Shown: positions 12,258-26,440, counted from the first letter of the stretch. The stretch is 64,000 nt of DNA from Eledone cirrhosa (GCA_964016885.1 OZ024743.1:285448001-285512000); one strand, 5' to 3'. Translations and numbers: made by a program. Notes: generated by a model from the letters alone, not told the origin.

Positions 12258-12589
12258 TATATTACTTTCTGCTGCACACCACCCTAACCTATTCCCACCC
12301 TACAACCCCCTATCCTATAGCATGATACCAGCACTGGAGGGATTGTTATAGACCCAGTTGAAAAGTCCTCTGTTGTGTATGACCAGCAACCTCCCAAGTG
12401 CTGGTGCCATGATAAAATGCACTCAGCAGAGTGTGGAACATATTTAAGAAAAATGCAGGCCCCCAGCCTATCTCAGAGGTCAGTAGCTCCACTTGACTTA
12501 TTACTTTGTCTGTAATGACCTATCCAACCCTTGTTAGCAGGGTAAATAAAGTATGTAAACATTGGTTTTTTTAAGGCAAGAGTTGTCAT

Positions 12590-13640
12590 TGTCATTATCA
12601 TCCTCATCGTCATTTTTAAGTCCATTTTTTTTCACTTTTGCATAGGTTAACCAGGTTCCTTTCAGCACAGCATCTCTCCACTTGTCATGTTCCTTCGTAG
12701 CTCAGTTCTCACCACCTCTGCCTAGATCTTTTCTTGGCCTACCTCTACTACTGCTTCCTTCTATGGGATTTCCTGGCCCTTCTTCACCCAACGATCATCA
12801 TTCATGTGCATCACATATCTGTAACAACACAGTCTTCTCACTTGCACACCACTTCTGATTCTTCTTCAACCCAGTTTCTCCCTCTGATCATGCAAGCTCT
12901 GCCTTTCTCTCACATTTACATTGCACATGCAATGAAGCATGGTTGCTTCATTTCTCTCCAGCCTATGCATATCTTCTGCAGTTACTGCCTGTGTTTCATT
13001 ACCTTGCAGCATCAAACTTTGCACACAGGTGTATACAGCCGTCCTTTTGTATGTAGGGAGAAACCTTTTGTTGTCAAGAGTGGGAGTAGCTCTCTAAACC
13101 TTTTCCAACCTATCTTTATTCTAACCATAATGCCCACAGAGCACCCTCTTCCACTGATAATTAGTAGTAGAAGCTATAAACTAATTCTATGGATCCTTCT
13201 TGTGATTGGAAAAGATTTATATAACTGATGCACTTCCTATCGATTACCCTGTGCATCTAGTACACACCAAGACTTCCTTTCTAGTTAGTCTGTCTGTTAT
13301 CCCACAACACCTCTTGTGTACCCAAGATTTGCATTGTGTACATTGTATAGATTGTCTGCCTACTCCTTTTCTTCATATCCAGCAGGGCCATTTTCCTGAT
13401 GGGATCAGGGTCCTGCCATCTTTCCTACTTACCAGCATTTTAGTTTTTTCTAAGTTTATTCTCAGCCCTTTTGACTATAAATTCTGTTTCCATAGTTGGA
13501 ACTTATTCTTTAGTTCTTTTATGGATTCAGCTATAAGGACCAGATCATCCACATAGAGAAGCTCTCATGAACAGCCAGTCTTAAACTTCTCTGTTATGTA
13601 TGGCCTGTTATGTATGATGAACAGCAGTCAGCTGAGAACT
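12590..13640 (-). mobile_element. Old degenerate RTE LINE
   Basis: Minus strand resembles FKTGCxxELLxxDDL and the downstream RTE motifs; it ends abruptly at the start of duplication copy 2. Confidence 0.75.
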
Positions 13641-14922
13641 CAAAACGTTCTTATATTAAAATATGTAGGAATATTTAACTTAGATATAAACCTTTTAAAA
13701 TGGATGATCTTTTTTCATAAACCAGTGGGGTTTTTGTAAGGTTGGTATCAAAAGGGTTAATTTATTTAATTGACCCCTTGATGTTACTTATTTTATTGAC
13801 ATGGAATGATTAAAGGCAAAGTTAAACCCTGTGTGATGTGAACACAGCACATAAGGTTATACCAAAAACTAAATGCTGCAAAGCATTCAAGAGAAGGATT
13901 GATACCTAGGACAAAGCAAGGATTATCCTGCTACCATGGGTAAGTGACCTCTAGCAACTGTATTCTCTGGCTTCATACTGAAGAGTAGGCTCCTTTATTT
14001 GGTTTATACATGCCAACTTTCACATACCTTTTAACAAATTTACTGAAGAGTAGTACCATCCTCTCCATACTCACCTTCATTTACAAACAGAATTTGAAAA
14101 GGTTATTGGAAGCTTAACCAAAGGGGAAAATGTATATCATTAGTCCTTTTAATTACAGCCAACACAGAACTTCTTTGACCATAGCCACCAGACAGGGAAA
14201 CTGCTTGCCCTTCCCAGCCAAAGGAGACATCAGGGTGATCTTCATAATAAACTCAGCTGATAGCCAAATGTACCCTATACACAACCACTTTTTGACAAAA
14301 CTCCATAAGTCAGTAATACTCAGACACAACAAATGTGTGCAAAATGTTTTTGTCATATTGTACACATCTCAGACAGGTCCAACTGATGTAATTCTATGCC
14401 TATAGAGCTTATCTTGAACTAGCAATGCCCCCTAAAAAATGTAACCTTAAAAAACAATTGCATAAAAAATACAGATTTCTATCAGTGCTAGAATGGAAGT
14501 CTCATTTGATTGAATTAACCTCACTACTTGACTAACGTTTATTTCAGCAAACCTGGAAGAAAGGATAATGGGAAAAGTCCACCACGGAAGGATTTAGAAT
14601 CAGAATTCTTATATAACAACTACACAAACAAGTTAAATCTTCCCATTTTTTTGCATAAACAAAAGATAACCAAAATAACAGGTGAAAAGGCTCCAGGTAT
14701 AATATAGTGGAAGTGGGAAATTATAAGAAATATGAAAATATACAAAATGAAAATATAAAAAATAAAATATAAAAGCTGTAATGAATGTGTATATGTGAGT
14801 TGGTAACTGCCCTCTTATCAATTTGCGTGTGGCATTTTGGAATCTATAAGCTTCCATATATATTGAAACTGCTTTCTTATCTATGAATTATTTTACTGCA
14901 GGTCACACACACACACACATTG

Positions 14923-14955
<33 letters not shown>

Positions 14956-15941
14956 GTATGTATATATATATATATATAAAGGGTTCTATAGAAATAGTGG
15001 ACAGCTTCCGTTACCTGGGCGATAAAATCAGCAGTGGGGGAGGGTGCTCTGAAAGTACTGTAGCTAGAGTCAGAACTGGTTGGAAAAAGTTCAGAGAGCT
15101 TATACCACTATTAGCTGCTAAAGGGTTCTCCCTAAAAATGAAAGGCAGGTTGTACGATGCCTGCATACGAACAGCAATGTTGCATGGTAGTGAGACCTGG
15201 GCATTGTGTGCAGAGGATATACGCAGACTAGAGAGGAACGAAGCTTGCATGCTCCGCTGGATGTGTAACAGTAATATACGTGAACGGCAAAGCATAAACG
15301 AACTAAGGAAAAAATTAGAGATAAGAGGGATCAGATGTTGTTTACTCGAGAGAAGGCTACGTTGGTATGGACACGTGATGCGCATGAAAGTCGATAGCTG
15401 TATAACAAAGTGCAGGGCAATAAAGATAGACGGTAGCCACGGAATAGGCAGACCTAGAAAAACCTGGGATGAGCTGATAAACTCCGACCTCACACACTTA
15501 CACCTCTCCAAGACAATGTCACTGGACCGAGACCTTTGGCGGTACTCAGTAACAGAGAAGACCCGCCTTGCCAGTAGGCATCTCTAACAAAATACACCCC
15601 GTCCCGCCACCACCCCCACCCCATCCACACCACCCCGTTCTATGTAAAGTTATGTTGGTGCCGCGCCATCCAGGCCGAAACAAATGAGATCGTGTAGGTG
15701 TCACGACAAAAAAACACACAGTCCACGCTGTAATGTGGCCGTGTAGGCAACACGGTAAAAACCTCCCAGACCCACACTGTAAATGTGGTTGGTGTTAGGA
15801 AGGGCATCCAACTGTAGAAAACCTGCCAGACAGTCCTATGCGAGCAAGACAATTACTCTTGCCTCAAGTGGGACTACCCCCGTCCAAACCCATGCAAGCG
15901 TGGAACACGGACGTTAAACGTTGATGATGATGATGATGATA
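13641..15941 (+). repeat. 2.3-kb duplicated segment, copy 2 (derived)
   Basis: Starts in the middle of the piggyBac MITE and ends at the RTE (GAT)n tail. Confidence 0.95.
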
Positions 15942-16556
15942 AACTATGTTGGTTTGGTCACGTGATGTGCATGAAAGACGACAGCTGTATAAAAAAGTGC
16001 AGGGCGATCAAAATAGATGGAAGCTACGGAGTAGGCAGACCCAGAAAAACCTGGGACGATTTGATAAATTCCGACCTTACACACTTACACCTCTCTAAGA
16101 CAATGTCACTGGACCGAGATCTTTGGCGCTACACAGTAATACAGAAGATCAGCCTTGTCTAAGTACAAAGCGAAACCTACAGTCAGTAGGCACCTCCTAA
16201 CCAAAAATACACCCCCATCCCACTACCCCTACCCCCACCCCCATCTACACCACCTCTTTCTCTGTAAAGTTATGTTGGTGCCAAAACATCCAGTCCTAAA
16301 TAAATGAAGTCGTGTAGGTGTCACAACAAAAAAACACACAGTGCACGCTGTAATGTGGCCGTGTAGGTAACACGGTAAAAACCTCCCAGTCCACACTGTA
16401 AACGTGGTTGGTGTTAGGAAGGGCATCCAGCTGAAGAAAACCCGCCAGACAGTCCTATACAAGCAAGACAACCAATCTTGCCTCACGCGGGACAATTCCC
16501 GTCTAAACCCATGCTAGCGTGGAAGATAGACGTTAAACGATGATGATAATGATGAT
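15942..16556 (+). mobile_element. RTE 3' fragment (A-related subfamily)
   Basis: WFGHVMCMKDDSCIKKC...GRPRKTW, then 3'UTR and (GAT)n; closest to 932-1290. Confidence 0.88.
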
Positions 16557-16647
16557 AAACATACACACACATACACATACACACACACATACACATACAT
16601 ACACACATACACATACATACACACACACACATAAATATATATGTTTA

Positions 16648-16780
16648 TCCTGGGTTCAATTGGAGGTAAGCACAGTAAGATACTCAATACATAGCAGAGT
16701 ATAAATAATCATCAGGATTTCCTGATGATTTCCTCTGAATGAAACAGTTCTAGTCCTGTAGAAGCCATATCTATATTAAA
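16648..16780 (-). mobile_element. Family-D element, copy 2 (tail-side arm deleted)
   Basis: tactcaatac at 16681; CTGATGA 16722, GAAAC 16741, GTC 16753. Confidence 0.6.
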
Positions 16781-17204
16781 TATATAAATATATATGTTAT
16801 ATTTACAGGGTGGACTTGATGCTATTTGTCATGTCACCATATTGACTGCCTTACATAGTGGACTGGGTGCTCTTTAGTCATATTACTAGCATGAACCCCT
16901 TTCATGGTGAACTATGGGCTTTTATTACACTTATATATATATGTGTGTATGTGTGTGTATGTTTGTGTATAGAACAATTGTTCTATACACAAATGCATGA
17001 CTATACACAAATAAATGACTCTGTAACCTGGGCAGATTCTTCTTTGAGGAAACCTTATGCGGTGGTCACCATTTTGCTGGTTTTAGAGCTGATGAGGGTG
17101 GAGATGTGTGTGTGTAAACTTGTCTTGTACATCCTTTCCTCCACCTTGTTCCTTGTGGATTGTCTCTCTGTTGCCCATTGCTGTCTTTGACAGCATTTAG
17201 CTGC

Positions 17205-17426
17205 TTTATACAGTATAACCCACTGTATAATATGGAAGTGGCCACACCAATAGCTAAAGCTTTCTTTACTTTAATTAGGAAGTATTTGCCCTTAGCACAT
17301 AAATATCACAAAAATTTTAATAGAAACATAGTTAAAATATCCTATTACACAACTCCCAGCCTCGCACACAACATCACTGCATCTAACTTGGCTAAATTAC
17401 ATAGCCATAGTAATATTGAAGTTTAA
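17205..17426 (+). mobile_element. Penelope-like element (Neptune/Nematis-type) coding remnant
   Basis: YNPLYNMEVATPIAKAFFTLIRKYLPLAHKYHKNFNRNIVKISY resembles the WFNPP...KHFP..H..HKIFNRN.VKVSYS region between PLE RT and GIY-YIG endonuclease (recognised from memory). Confidence 0.65.
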
Positions 17427-17609
17427 GTTCAATATATTTCATTCAAGTAGTACATGTTTCACAAAATGACCAGCCCAGAGCTTTAATCAGTTACAATCAA
17501 CTTGACTTTAGGATCAATTCGCTCATCACAAGCAATGGAGATGTACATATTCCAATCCTAATTACTGTTACATTTAACTAAAATATGTTGAACTAAAACC
17601 TTGATCTCT

Positions 17610-20168
17610 CTTTCTTGATATATTTATTCAAAAAGAAAATGATCCAGACATAATTGCCGATATCATCAGCAAAAGCGCTCTGTTTACAGTATCAGCATCA
17701 ACAAATGATATCAGTACTACAATTGGAGGAGTTGGTTTGACAGTACAAACACACCTCCTTCCTCTACTTACTAAAGTAATCAAGGTCAATAACTGGATTA
17801 TCACAGCAGTATACAAGGGAAATTCTAAAACTGTTGTTATAAGCTTCTATTCACTCCACAATCAACTGCCAGAAGTAGAACAGTTTTACCATCAACTGAG
17901 TGCCACTGTTTCTGAAGTACCCTCACATGCCATGCTAATTACACCTTGTAACATATTTTTTGTTCCCCAGTTCTAAGTGTCATTTACTGGTTTGTTATAT
18001 CCCATCATTATAAAAAAACACTATTATTTAATCAAAAGTTTGGGTTTGTGGTCAGGAGTTTGATATTTCGAAATTTTCATATTTTTCAAGAAAAAACACA
18101 TTTTAAAAATTTATCAGTTCATATAATTAAATCAACAGAGTATATATTTATTTTATTACACAAGCTTATCAAAAGTAAACAAGTAAAAACAAATAACACT
18201 TATAAAGCAACTTATACACGTCAGAAATGACTTCATTTCCTGGATTTGCGGTTGTAGTCCAGGTCGCATTCCCGCACTAGCCCCAAGATATAGTCCCCCA
18301 TCATTTTTTCATTGTAGTGGCCCTGGTACCTCCGCTCTATCTCTTTCACATCTTGGTGGAATCGTTCGCCTTGTTATTCTGAGTAGGCGCCCATGTTGTC
18401 CTTGAATTTTTCCAGGTGAGCGTCCAGCATATGGAGTTTAAGCGACATCTTACATCCCATGGCGCCAAAAGCCTTTATCAGATCCTGCACCAGTTGCTGG
18501 TAGTTTTCAGCTCTGTAGTTGCCCAGGAAGCCCTTAACAACTGCCTTGAAACAGTTCCATGCTGTTCTCTCAATCCTACTGAGCTTATTGGAGAACTCGG
18601 TAGACTCAAACACCTTCTTTATCTGAGGTCCAACAAAAATTCCACCTTTGATTTTGGCCTCAGATAACTTGGGGAAGAACTCAAGAAGGTACTTAAAAGC
18701 GGCTGATTCTTGGTTGAGAGCCTTCACAAACTGCTTCATCAACCCCAACTTAATGTACAGTGGCGGCATGAGCACAATCCTGGGATCAACCAGTGGCTCC
18801 CACATGACGTTCCGGGTCCCAACTACAAATTCTGATCGCTGCTCCCAGTTCTTTCTTTTGTAGTGGTTAGAGGTGGCTCTGCTGTCCCAAAGGCAGAGGA
18901 AGCATTGGAATTTGATAAAGCCTCCTTGGAGTCCAAGCAGGAAAGCCACCATCTTGAAGTCTCCAATGATTTCCCAATTGTACTGGTTGTATTGCAGAGC
19001 TTCCAAGAGGACTTTCACACTGTAGTAATCTTCTTTCAGGCAGACTGAATGAGCTAGGGGCAGTGTCGGGAACTTGTTTCCATTGTGGAGGAGGACAGCC
19101 TTCAAACTTGTGGTGGATCTGTCTATAAATAGCCGCCACTCCTTGGGCACAAACGGCACCCAATAACGTCAAACAGTCCAGGCAGAAGCAGAGGCCATCC
19201 CTAAGGGTGTAAAAGCCTGAGAAAGGTTCGTGTCGACTTCTCTGACTTGTCACCCGCACTTCCTCCTTGACCAAGTTCCACTGCTTCATCCTGGAGACGA
19301 ATAGCTCTGCATTGGATTTGGTCAGACCCATATCCCTGACCAAGTCATTGACTTCTTTTTGGTTTGGGAAGTGAGGAACTTTTTCTGGTATCCCAGTATC
19401 AATAAATCTCTTTAATCCACTTTTTAACAATTTTATACTTTATTGCACTTTTATAATTTTCTTTAGGTATTACTCTTTATTTTATAATTTTAATTTAACC
19501 TGAAACATATATAAAAAAATCATTTAACATAAGCAAATTAAACTTACATACAACGTAAAATCCAGCATACAAATAATTCTAGTGAATAGCTTAGAATTTT
19601 TACAAACTTATTTATTTGGGACCTAAGCAACACAAAAAAAGTGATTACAAGCCAAGAACAGAGAAAAAATTATTTTGTTACACTGTTATTGGAGGAGATT
19701 TCAACATGGAAATGAGAGGCAAATTTTCATACCACCAGAGTACTAACAGAAATGGCATATTTCTAGAATAGTTTCTACATCAAAATAATCTCCTAGCCAA
19801 GAATACCATCTTCCAGAATCTTCTTGCATATGAGATACTTCATTTGATTGTCACTGCAACTAGAGTAATGTATGAGAATACTTCAGCACTTGTAATGACA
19901 TCTGAAGGAAACTCCATCAAACAGGAGTACTCCAGGGAGATCTTCTGAAACCTTTCTTTTTTATGATATGCCTTGATTATCCATAATGTGTAATGCCTCT
20001 GCACCATCAGATAGGATAATGTTAATGACTACACTGTATCCCTGTGTGTTGTAAAAGACAAGCAGAAAATATGCACACAACTTGCCACGAAACACTCCCT
20101 CAAAATGTAACATCTAGATCATTCCAGCATGGAAAAGCAAATGTCAAAACAATGATGATGATGATGAT
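17610..20168 (+). mobile_element. Old RTE-type LINE (APE endonuclease/RT remnants) split by a DNA transposon
   Basis: IGGVGL...VPSHAMLI|IGGDFN rejoins across 17942-19685; TGVLQGD near 19920; (GAT)n tail at about 20150. Confidence 0.6.
17942..19685 (-). mobile_element. Chapaev3-like DNA transposon, frameshifted
   Basis: 3-bp TSD TTA (17939-41 and 19686-88); termini CACCTTGTAACA...TGTTACACTG; transposase WRLFID..SLKAVLLHNGN, CFLCLWDSR, PPLYIKLGLMKQFVKAL, GERFHQD. Confidence 0.8.
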
Positions 20169-20521
20169 ATATGTATATGTACAACACCTCAGCACCTGTA
20201 ACCTCTTTTGTCATATGTTTGGTCAGAATTTATGGGCCTTTCTAGCAAATAAACAGATGAATTATTATCGTTGTTGTTATTAATAAATAACAATAGCAAT
20301 AATATTAACAATTATAATAATTGATAATAATAAAGGTTTCTGATTTAGGCATAAGGCCAGTGATTTGATAATGATAATGATATAATAAATCAATATTTTT
20401 TCAGAAGAAACCATTATTTTACTTATCTTCTTTTTGGATTTCATTCTTCATTATTTTAAACTGTGTTATTTCAGTGCCTATTGTCTATGGTAGTATGTGT
20501 CTATATTATTAGGAATCAGGA

Positions 20522-20541
20522 GGCGGGGGGGCTGATTGGTT
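20522..20541 (+). promoter_or_regulatory. Candidate ALDH3 promoter: GC box plus inverted CCAAT (NF-Y) box
   Basis: GGCGGG at 20522-20527 followed by CTGATTGGTT (20532-20541, reverse NF-Y consensus), about 500 bp upstream of the exon-1 ATG in otherwise AT-rich unique sequence. Confidence 0.5.
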
Positions 20542-21036
20542 GTACACGTCTTTACATAGACTTTCTCGCAGAACAATCTCTGATGACTTATTTGTGGTAA
20601 ATTACTTACTGATTCACTTATCCACACAAGATTATTTGCAAGGACTAATTAAGTAATTTAGTAGACTCCCCTTCCCTTCCTCACCAATTTGCAATGATAC
20701 TTTTTGCATGTTAACAAGAACTTCCAAATGAGTTGAATGTGACAACCAAATCTGACAGGAGCTGGTATATACATATACATATATATATATATGTACATGC
20801 TTATGTCCATGTGTGTATATGTGTGTGTATGGGGATCTGTACTACTAGCACATTTTACCAAAAATCTTGGTTGGAAAAAAAATGGTACCTTAATCATGAA
20901 TGTAAGCTGTTCCAAACTACCATAAGATAATTCTAACGTTTTATATAATAAAGGATTTAGCTTTATTGGCGGACTGTTCACATTTTGACTACTTTGGATT
21001 TGTAAAGAATCATTTCAACTGAAGAATACCACCAAC

Positions 21037-21051
21037 ATGGCAGCCAGTGAA
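21037..21051 (+). CDS. ALDH3A2: ALDH3 exon 1 (coding part, MAASE)
   Basis: accaacATGG start context and GTAAGT donor at 21052, phase 0. Joining to exon 2 gives MAASERVFNLR, which aligns with the ALDH3A1 N-terminus and puts N114/C243/E333 at ALDH3A1 numbering. Symbol is family-level only. Confidence 0.6.
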
Positions 21052-21289
21052 GTAAGTGCTAAAGTATTTTTCCATATAATTTTCATCAATATTCTTACAA
21101 ACATTTTGGACAGCTTTTTATTTAAAGAATCTGTACCTAGATATAAGGTCCTATTTAAGAGGGATATTAACATAGTTGCCTTTTTACTATCTTAGATTAT
21201 GTTTAAAACATTGTAAACACATTTCAGTCAATTCATTTTTTCAACTTTTATTTTTTTGGTCTCTTTAACAATGAATGCATAGTCTCATA

Positions 21290-21610
21290 ACTCCTGAGGG
21301 AGTTGTAGGTGTAGTGTATTGACATACAGCATTTCTAGGGCATTTTTAAACCTGACAGAGCCCATTCCTCTCCAGGTCTGAATACAGCAGATTTCTTCCA
21401 GAGAAGAATAGCGAGTGAGTGAATGGAAGTAAGAAAGAGATATAGAGGAAGAATCGACTTCAGTACTAGACTGGTACTTTTTTTTATCAACATCAAATGG
21501 ATGAAAGGTAAAGTTGACGGCGGGATTTGAACTCAGAGAGCAAAGAGCCAAAATGAACACCACAAAGCATTCTATAAGACGTCCTACTAACTCTTCCAAT
21601 TCACCGCCTT
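21290..21610 (-). mobile_element. Meta-domain-like tRNA SINE with long tail
   Basis: gagttcaaatcccgccgtcaactttacctttcatcc core; related + copies at 11443-11690 and 45750-46035. Confidence 0.6.
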
Positions 21611-22635
21611 TCTTTAACAATAACAATAACTAAACGTCACTCAAATAACACCTTACCATATGAAAATAAAGGAAAATACTCATTGCACAATGTGTTTGAA
21701 CATAAATATGGGATGCTCACAGTTGGATTGTCTTTGATCATACATTTGCTTGATTAAAACCGATTCAATTAAAAAAACAAAACTATATTCTATTTTTAAA
21801 AACATGGGATAGGTATGGGATAAATGGTAAGCTTAACATTATGAGTGGGCTTTATTTCATAGACATGGATTTTCAGATGTGTTATCCTTATTCTGTGTTC
21901 TACAGAGTTTTATTTTTGTTTTCACTTTACTCATTTTGACTAGACCATAAGGTATATCTATATATCTAGGAATAGAAATAGTATAGTATATATTCATGGA
22001 TTTACTTGGGATACTAGGGTTAGGACTGAAGTGAAATAACCTTCATCAAGATCAAAACTGTATCATGGTTATGGCTTACCAGGAGCTTTACCTCTAGCTC
22101 TCCAATGATTCACTTTTTATTTTAGTTTTAAGAAGTGGCAGATTAAAATGGGACTAACGTGGCTGTATCCATAGGTCTACAATATTTCAATGGCCCAAAT
22201 TTAATGTTTTTATCACCATTAACAATATATAGATATAATAAATCAGTTTGATGCAAAGGCCCCAATGAAAATTTCAGCTAAGAGTCCCATGCAAGCTTCA
22301 TCTGCCCTTGGTTTTAGGCCAACAAGAAAGCTACTATATAGTTGCGTGATTTGTGAGAAACGGCAACCAAATCGCTATTAAATCATATCCTAAATGCACT
22401 ATGCCTGAACAATATAACGGGATAGTCCAGCGAAAATGTCTTTGATTATAAATCTACTTGATTGTAGCTGATGAGTTAAATAACAATAACAGCCTTAATT
22501 TTGTAAATTGATATAAGACCTTTTAGATGAGATATAAGGTTATTTAGATTTGAAATGAAACTGTAATGTTCATGCTTTCCTCAGGGCCATTTGCAACATA
22601 AATAAAGTATATAAACATTTTAAGGCAAGAGCTGT

Positions 22636-24230
22636 CATTGTCATCATCATCATCATCATCATCATCATCACTTCTGCTTTTCCATGCTTGCATAGGTTGG
22701 ATGGGTCCTCATCAGCACAGTATCTTTCCACTTGTTGCGATCCTTTATCATTTCCTCAGTGATTTGAGATCAGCTCTCGCAACTTCTGCCCAAGTCTTCC
22801 TCTACTGCAGCTTCCTTCGACTGGGATTTCTTGGCACTTCTTCACCCATCGATCAGCATCTATGTGCATCACATGCGCACATCTATTTCCTCTTATACTC
22901 AGTTTCTCTCTCAGTTCATCCATACTTTGTTGTTCATACACATTAAACATTGCACATCCATTGAAGCATGCTCACTTCATTTCTCTCCAGCTTTCACATT
23001 ATCCTCAGCAGTCTTTGCCCATGTTTCATTATACCATGCAGCATTGCATATCACACACAGGCATCTTACAGCTGACTTTTCGTTCATAGGGAGAAACCTT
23101 TTGTTGTCAACAAGGGTAATAGCTCTCTAAACATCTTCCATTCTGTTCTTATTATATCTACTATGCTCCTGGAGAACCCACCTCTACTGTTAATTAGGTC
23201 ACCTAGATAGCAGAAGCTATCAACCACTTCAATGGATTGAAAAAGGTGTATATCACTGATACTCTTACTACCATTATCCCTGAACATCTATTACATACAA
23301 AGTTTTCCTTTCCTGTTAGTCTGCTTGCTATCCTACCTCTCTCATCCTACATCCCCACTCCTATTGATGCCTTTCCCAGCCTGGCCAAGGACACAATGGA
23401 AAAACCAAAGTTTTAGTAAGTAGGAAAGAAGATGTGATCCTATTCCCATCAGGGAAGTGGCTTTGTTTGATATGTAGAAAAGGAGTAGATAGAAACTCTA
23501 TATGATACATCCAATATAAAAAATGAGTGCACAAAAGGTGTAGTGGGATAGCAGGCAGACTAACAGAAAAGGTAGACTTTATATGTAGCAGATGCACAGG
23601 GATAGTTGGTAGCAAGAGGGTTAGTGAAATAAACTTTTTTTAATCCTAGGAAGGCTTCATATTTGTTGACAGCTCCTGCTACCTAAATTAGTAGTAGCTA
23701 GAGTAAGAACAGGATGGAAAAAGTTCAGCTACTACTTCTGTTGACAACAAATAGTTTCTTTCTATAAATGAAAGGCTGGTTGTATGATGCCTGTATGATG
23801 TGCAATGTGGGAGACATGGGCAGTGAATGTAGAGAATATTTGAAAGCTGGAGAGAAATGAAGGGAGCATCTTCTGATGGATGCTTGAATGAGAAAGCATG
23901 AATTGGTTGAGAGAAAAGCTGGGTATAAGCAGAATCATATGCAGTGTGCAGGAGAGAAAATTGTGCTGGTATAGACATGTGATGGATATGGAGGATGATC
24001 ATTGGATGAAGAAGTGCCAAGAAATCCCAGTGGAAGGAAGTTGCAGTAGAGGAAAATCAAGGAAGACCTGGGTTGAGGTGGAGAAAGCTGATCTCAAATT
24101 GCTGAAGCTCACAGAGGAGATGGCAAAGGTGCTCAATGCATAGAAAGATGCTGTCCAAGAAAATATCCATCCAACCCATGCAAGCATAGAAAAATGAACA
24201 TAAAATGGTGATGATGATGATGATGATGAT
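22636..24230. mobile_element. Two divergently oriented old RTE 3' fragments (22636-23340 minus, 23390-24230 plus)
   Basis: Both show VDSFCYLG / RWVKKCQEIPVEGS-type motifs and outward-facing (GAT)n tails. Confidence 0.75.
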
Positions 24231-24261
24231 ATATGTACGTATGCATATATATATGCATGTG

Positions 24262-24340
<79 letters not shown>

Positions 24341-24606
24341 TAAAGTATTTGGCTGAGATGGAAAGAAATGGAAGGTGGCTGCATGCAGTGTTCAGGAAGG
24401 GTGTTGGAGGGAACTCTATTAAATGCATGATATGCACAACATGAGTACATGAAAAATGTAGTAGTGTGAAGGGATTATTAAATAAAGTGGTAGCTACACT
24501 TAAGTGTAAAGTGTGTATGAAGTGTACAACAGATGGAAAGAGTGTTGAATTGAATTTTTGGAATGTTGTGAAGATCGAAGGTATGAACATTTTTGTCACC
24601 TTAGAG

Positions 24607-24768
24607 CAGTCATGGGCAAACTACAGCCATGAGCTGCATGCAGCCTGTTTGACTTTCTGAATGGCATGCCTAATTTCAAAATTGCCTTGAAATTGTTAGT
24701 TGTGCAGCTTGTCTTATAATCAGCCATGTCCTATGTGGCTCACTGTTTCAAAAGGATGCCCATATCTG
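24607..24768. mobile_element. hAT (Charlie-like) MITE inside an old RTE (24340-25240)
   Basis: 8-bp TSD CCTTAGAG (24599-24606 and 24769-24776); termini CAGTCATGGGCA...TGCCCATATCTG. Confidence 0.8.
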
Positions 24769-25242
24769 CCTTAGAGACATGTTAAATGGAGAGGATGAAT
24801 CAGGTTCTGCAACATTATCTAGAATGAGATGTATATAGATGTTCCAGGAACTTAGTGATGTGCTAATGACGACAGAAGTGTCACTGAAACTGAAGGGAAA
24901 AGTCTATGTCACATGTGTGAGAAGTACCATGGGAGCAAGACATGGAAGAGGAACATGGAGCAGCAAAGAAGGCTGGAAAGAACGAAAATTAGAATAGTCC
25001 TATGGATGAGTGGAGTATTGTTGAGAGAGAGAGGAAAACCAACTATGAATTGCAGAGGATGATAAGAATAGAACCAGTGATGAGTGTTGTGAAGAGAAAT
25101 GGAATGATATGGTTGGGTCTTGTGTTGAGGAAGAATGAATGTAATGAATGTGACTGGATGGGAGGAATGATGGAAATAAATGTAGAATAATGTTAATAAA
25201 ACAACAACAACAACATTAATGATGATGATGATGATGATGAGG

Positions 25243-26440
25243 ATTTCTTTCATTTACCACAAGAGCACTGAATGAGGGGGACATAACAAAGACAAGTTAT
25301 ATAAAGTGTGGGGGCTTTACATAAACATCAGATGTAACAATAAATTATGAAAAACAGTCCTGATATAGGGACAATCAAAGAACTCGATATATCCACAGAA
25401 ACCCTGATTATCATGGATGAATGCCCTCTTCCAATTTATCTTTTCCAACCTACAGGCTTATGTCGAGAGTAGAATCATTCACTTTTGCCATTTTTGCCCC
25501 AGTCACCCATCTCTTATAAAATTCACTGGAGAAGCGCACCTCTCTCTGCATTTTCACCTTTCTTCTCAAGTAGAACTTGAAAAATTAATGAGAACTTGGC
25601 TTAAGAGGAAAGTGTCAGTCATCAGTCCTCTCAACTTTGTTCATCACACAACCTTTTTTGCTATAGCCACCAAACAGAGAAAAAATTCCCCTCTTCCCAG
25701 TTAAAGGAGAGTTGTGATTTAACAATGGGCTCAGCTGATAAGTGGAATCATCCAACACACAACAGCTGCTGTTTGACATAATTCCACAGGTCAGTGATGT
25801 CTAGACATTGAATGAGTACATGCATTAACAGGCCCATTTGATGACATCACCCACCCTGCAGATTTTATCTCAAATTAGTTGCACTGTCTAGCAGCAATTC
25901 TAGGCCAGTGACTTCTGGAAATTATCTACAGATGTTCCTAATTTGAAAGTCCGCTGAAACAGATTGGCCAGTTCCCTTTCATCAAGGCCTAGAGCTTCCC
26001 CCAAAACATCGTTCATCTTCCCTGTCACTAGCCCTCTATAAATTACCTGACTAAAACCTCCACCAATCATACTGCCTGATTGATGTTCTAGATGCCAGAT
26101 GCCCAATCATGTTCTTTGCTTAACCCATGTTTGTCGCTCAGTCAAAGAGATGAGCTGTAGGAAGACGAGAACTGGAGCAAGGCATAACAGTCAGATGGTG
26201 GAAAATGAGCCCGTCTGTGACAGCTTCCTCTCAGTCCATTTTTGGGTGAGAGTAGCAATCTTAGTCATAATCTCGTTCCTGTCCAATTGGAGGTCCAAAC
26301 CAAACCAAACCAGCAATTTATCAGGTCCATCAGTCTAGCAACCCATAACACTGTCCAACAGTATCGTCTTCTTTTCTAATTGTTGAGTCACAAGTTAACC
26401 AGCTTGTTCGGGCTAATCTTTGCCTCAAACATTGTCTAAT
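25243..26440 (-). mobile_element. Degenerate Tx1-like LINE 3' part
   Basis: DVLGEALGLDERELANLFQRTF...DNFQKSLA is homologous to the 40179-41462 ORF; the 3' end abuts (ATC)n. Confidence 0.8.

Noticed and set aside
20580-20610. CTGATGA near the ALDH3 promoter (also 59250)
   Set aside because: No stem II or GAAA..UH follows; chance heptamer.
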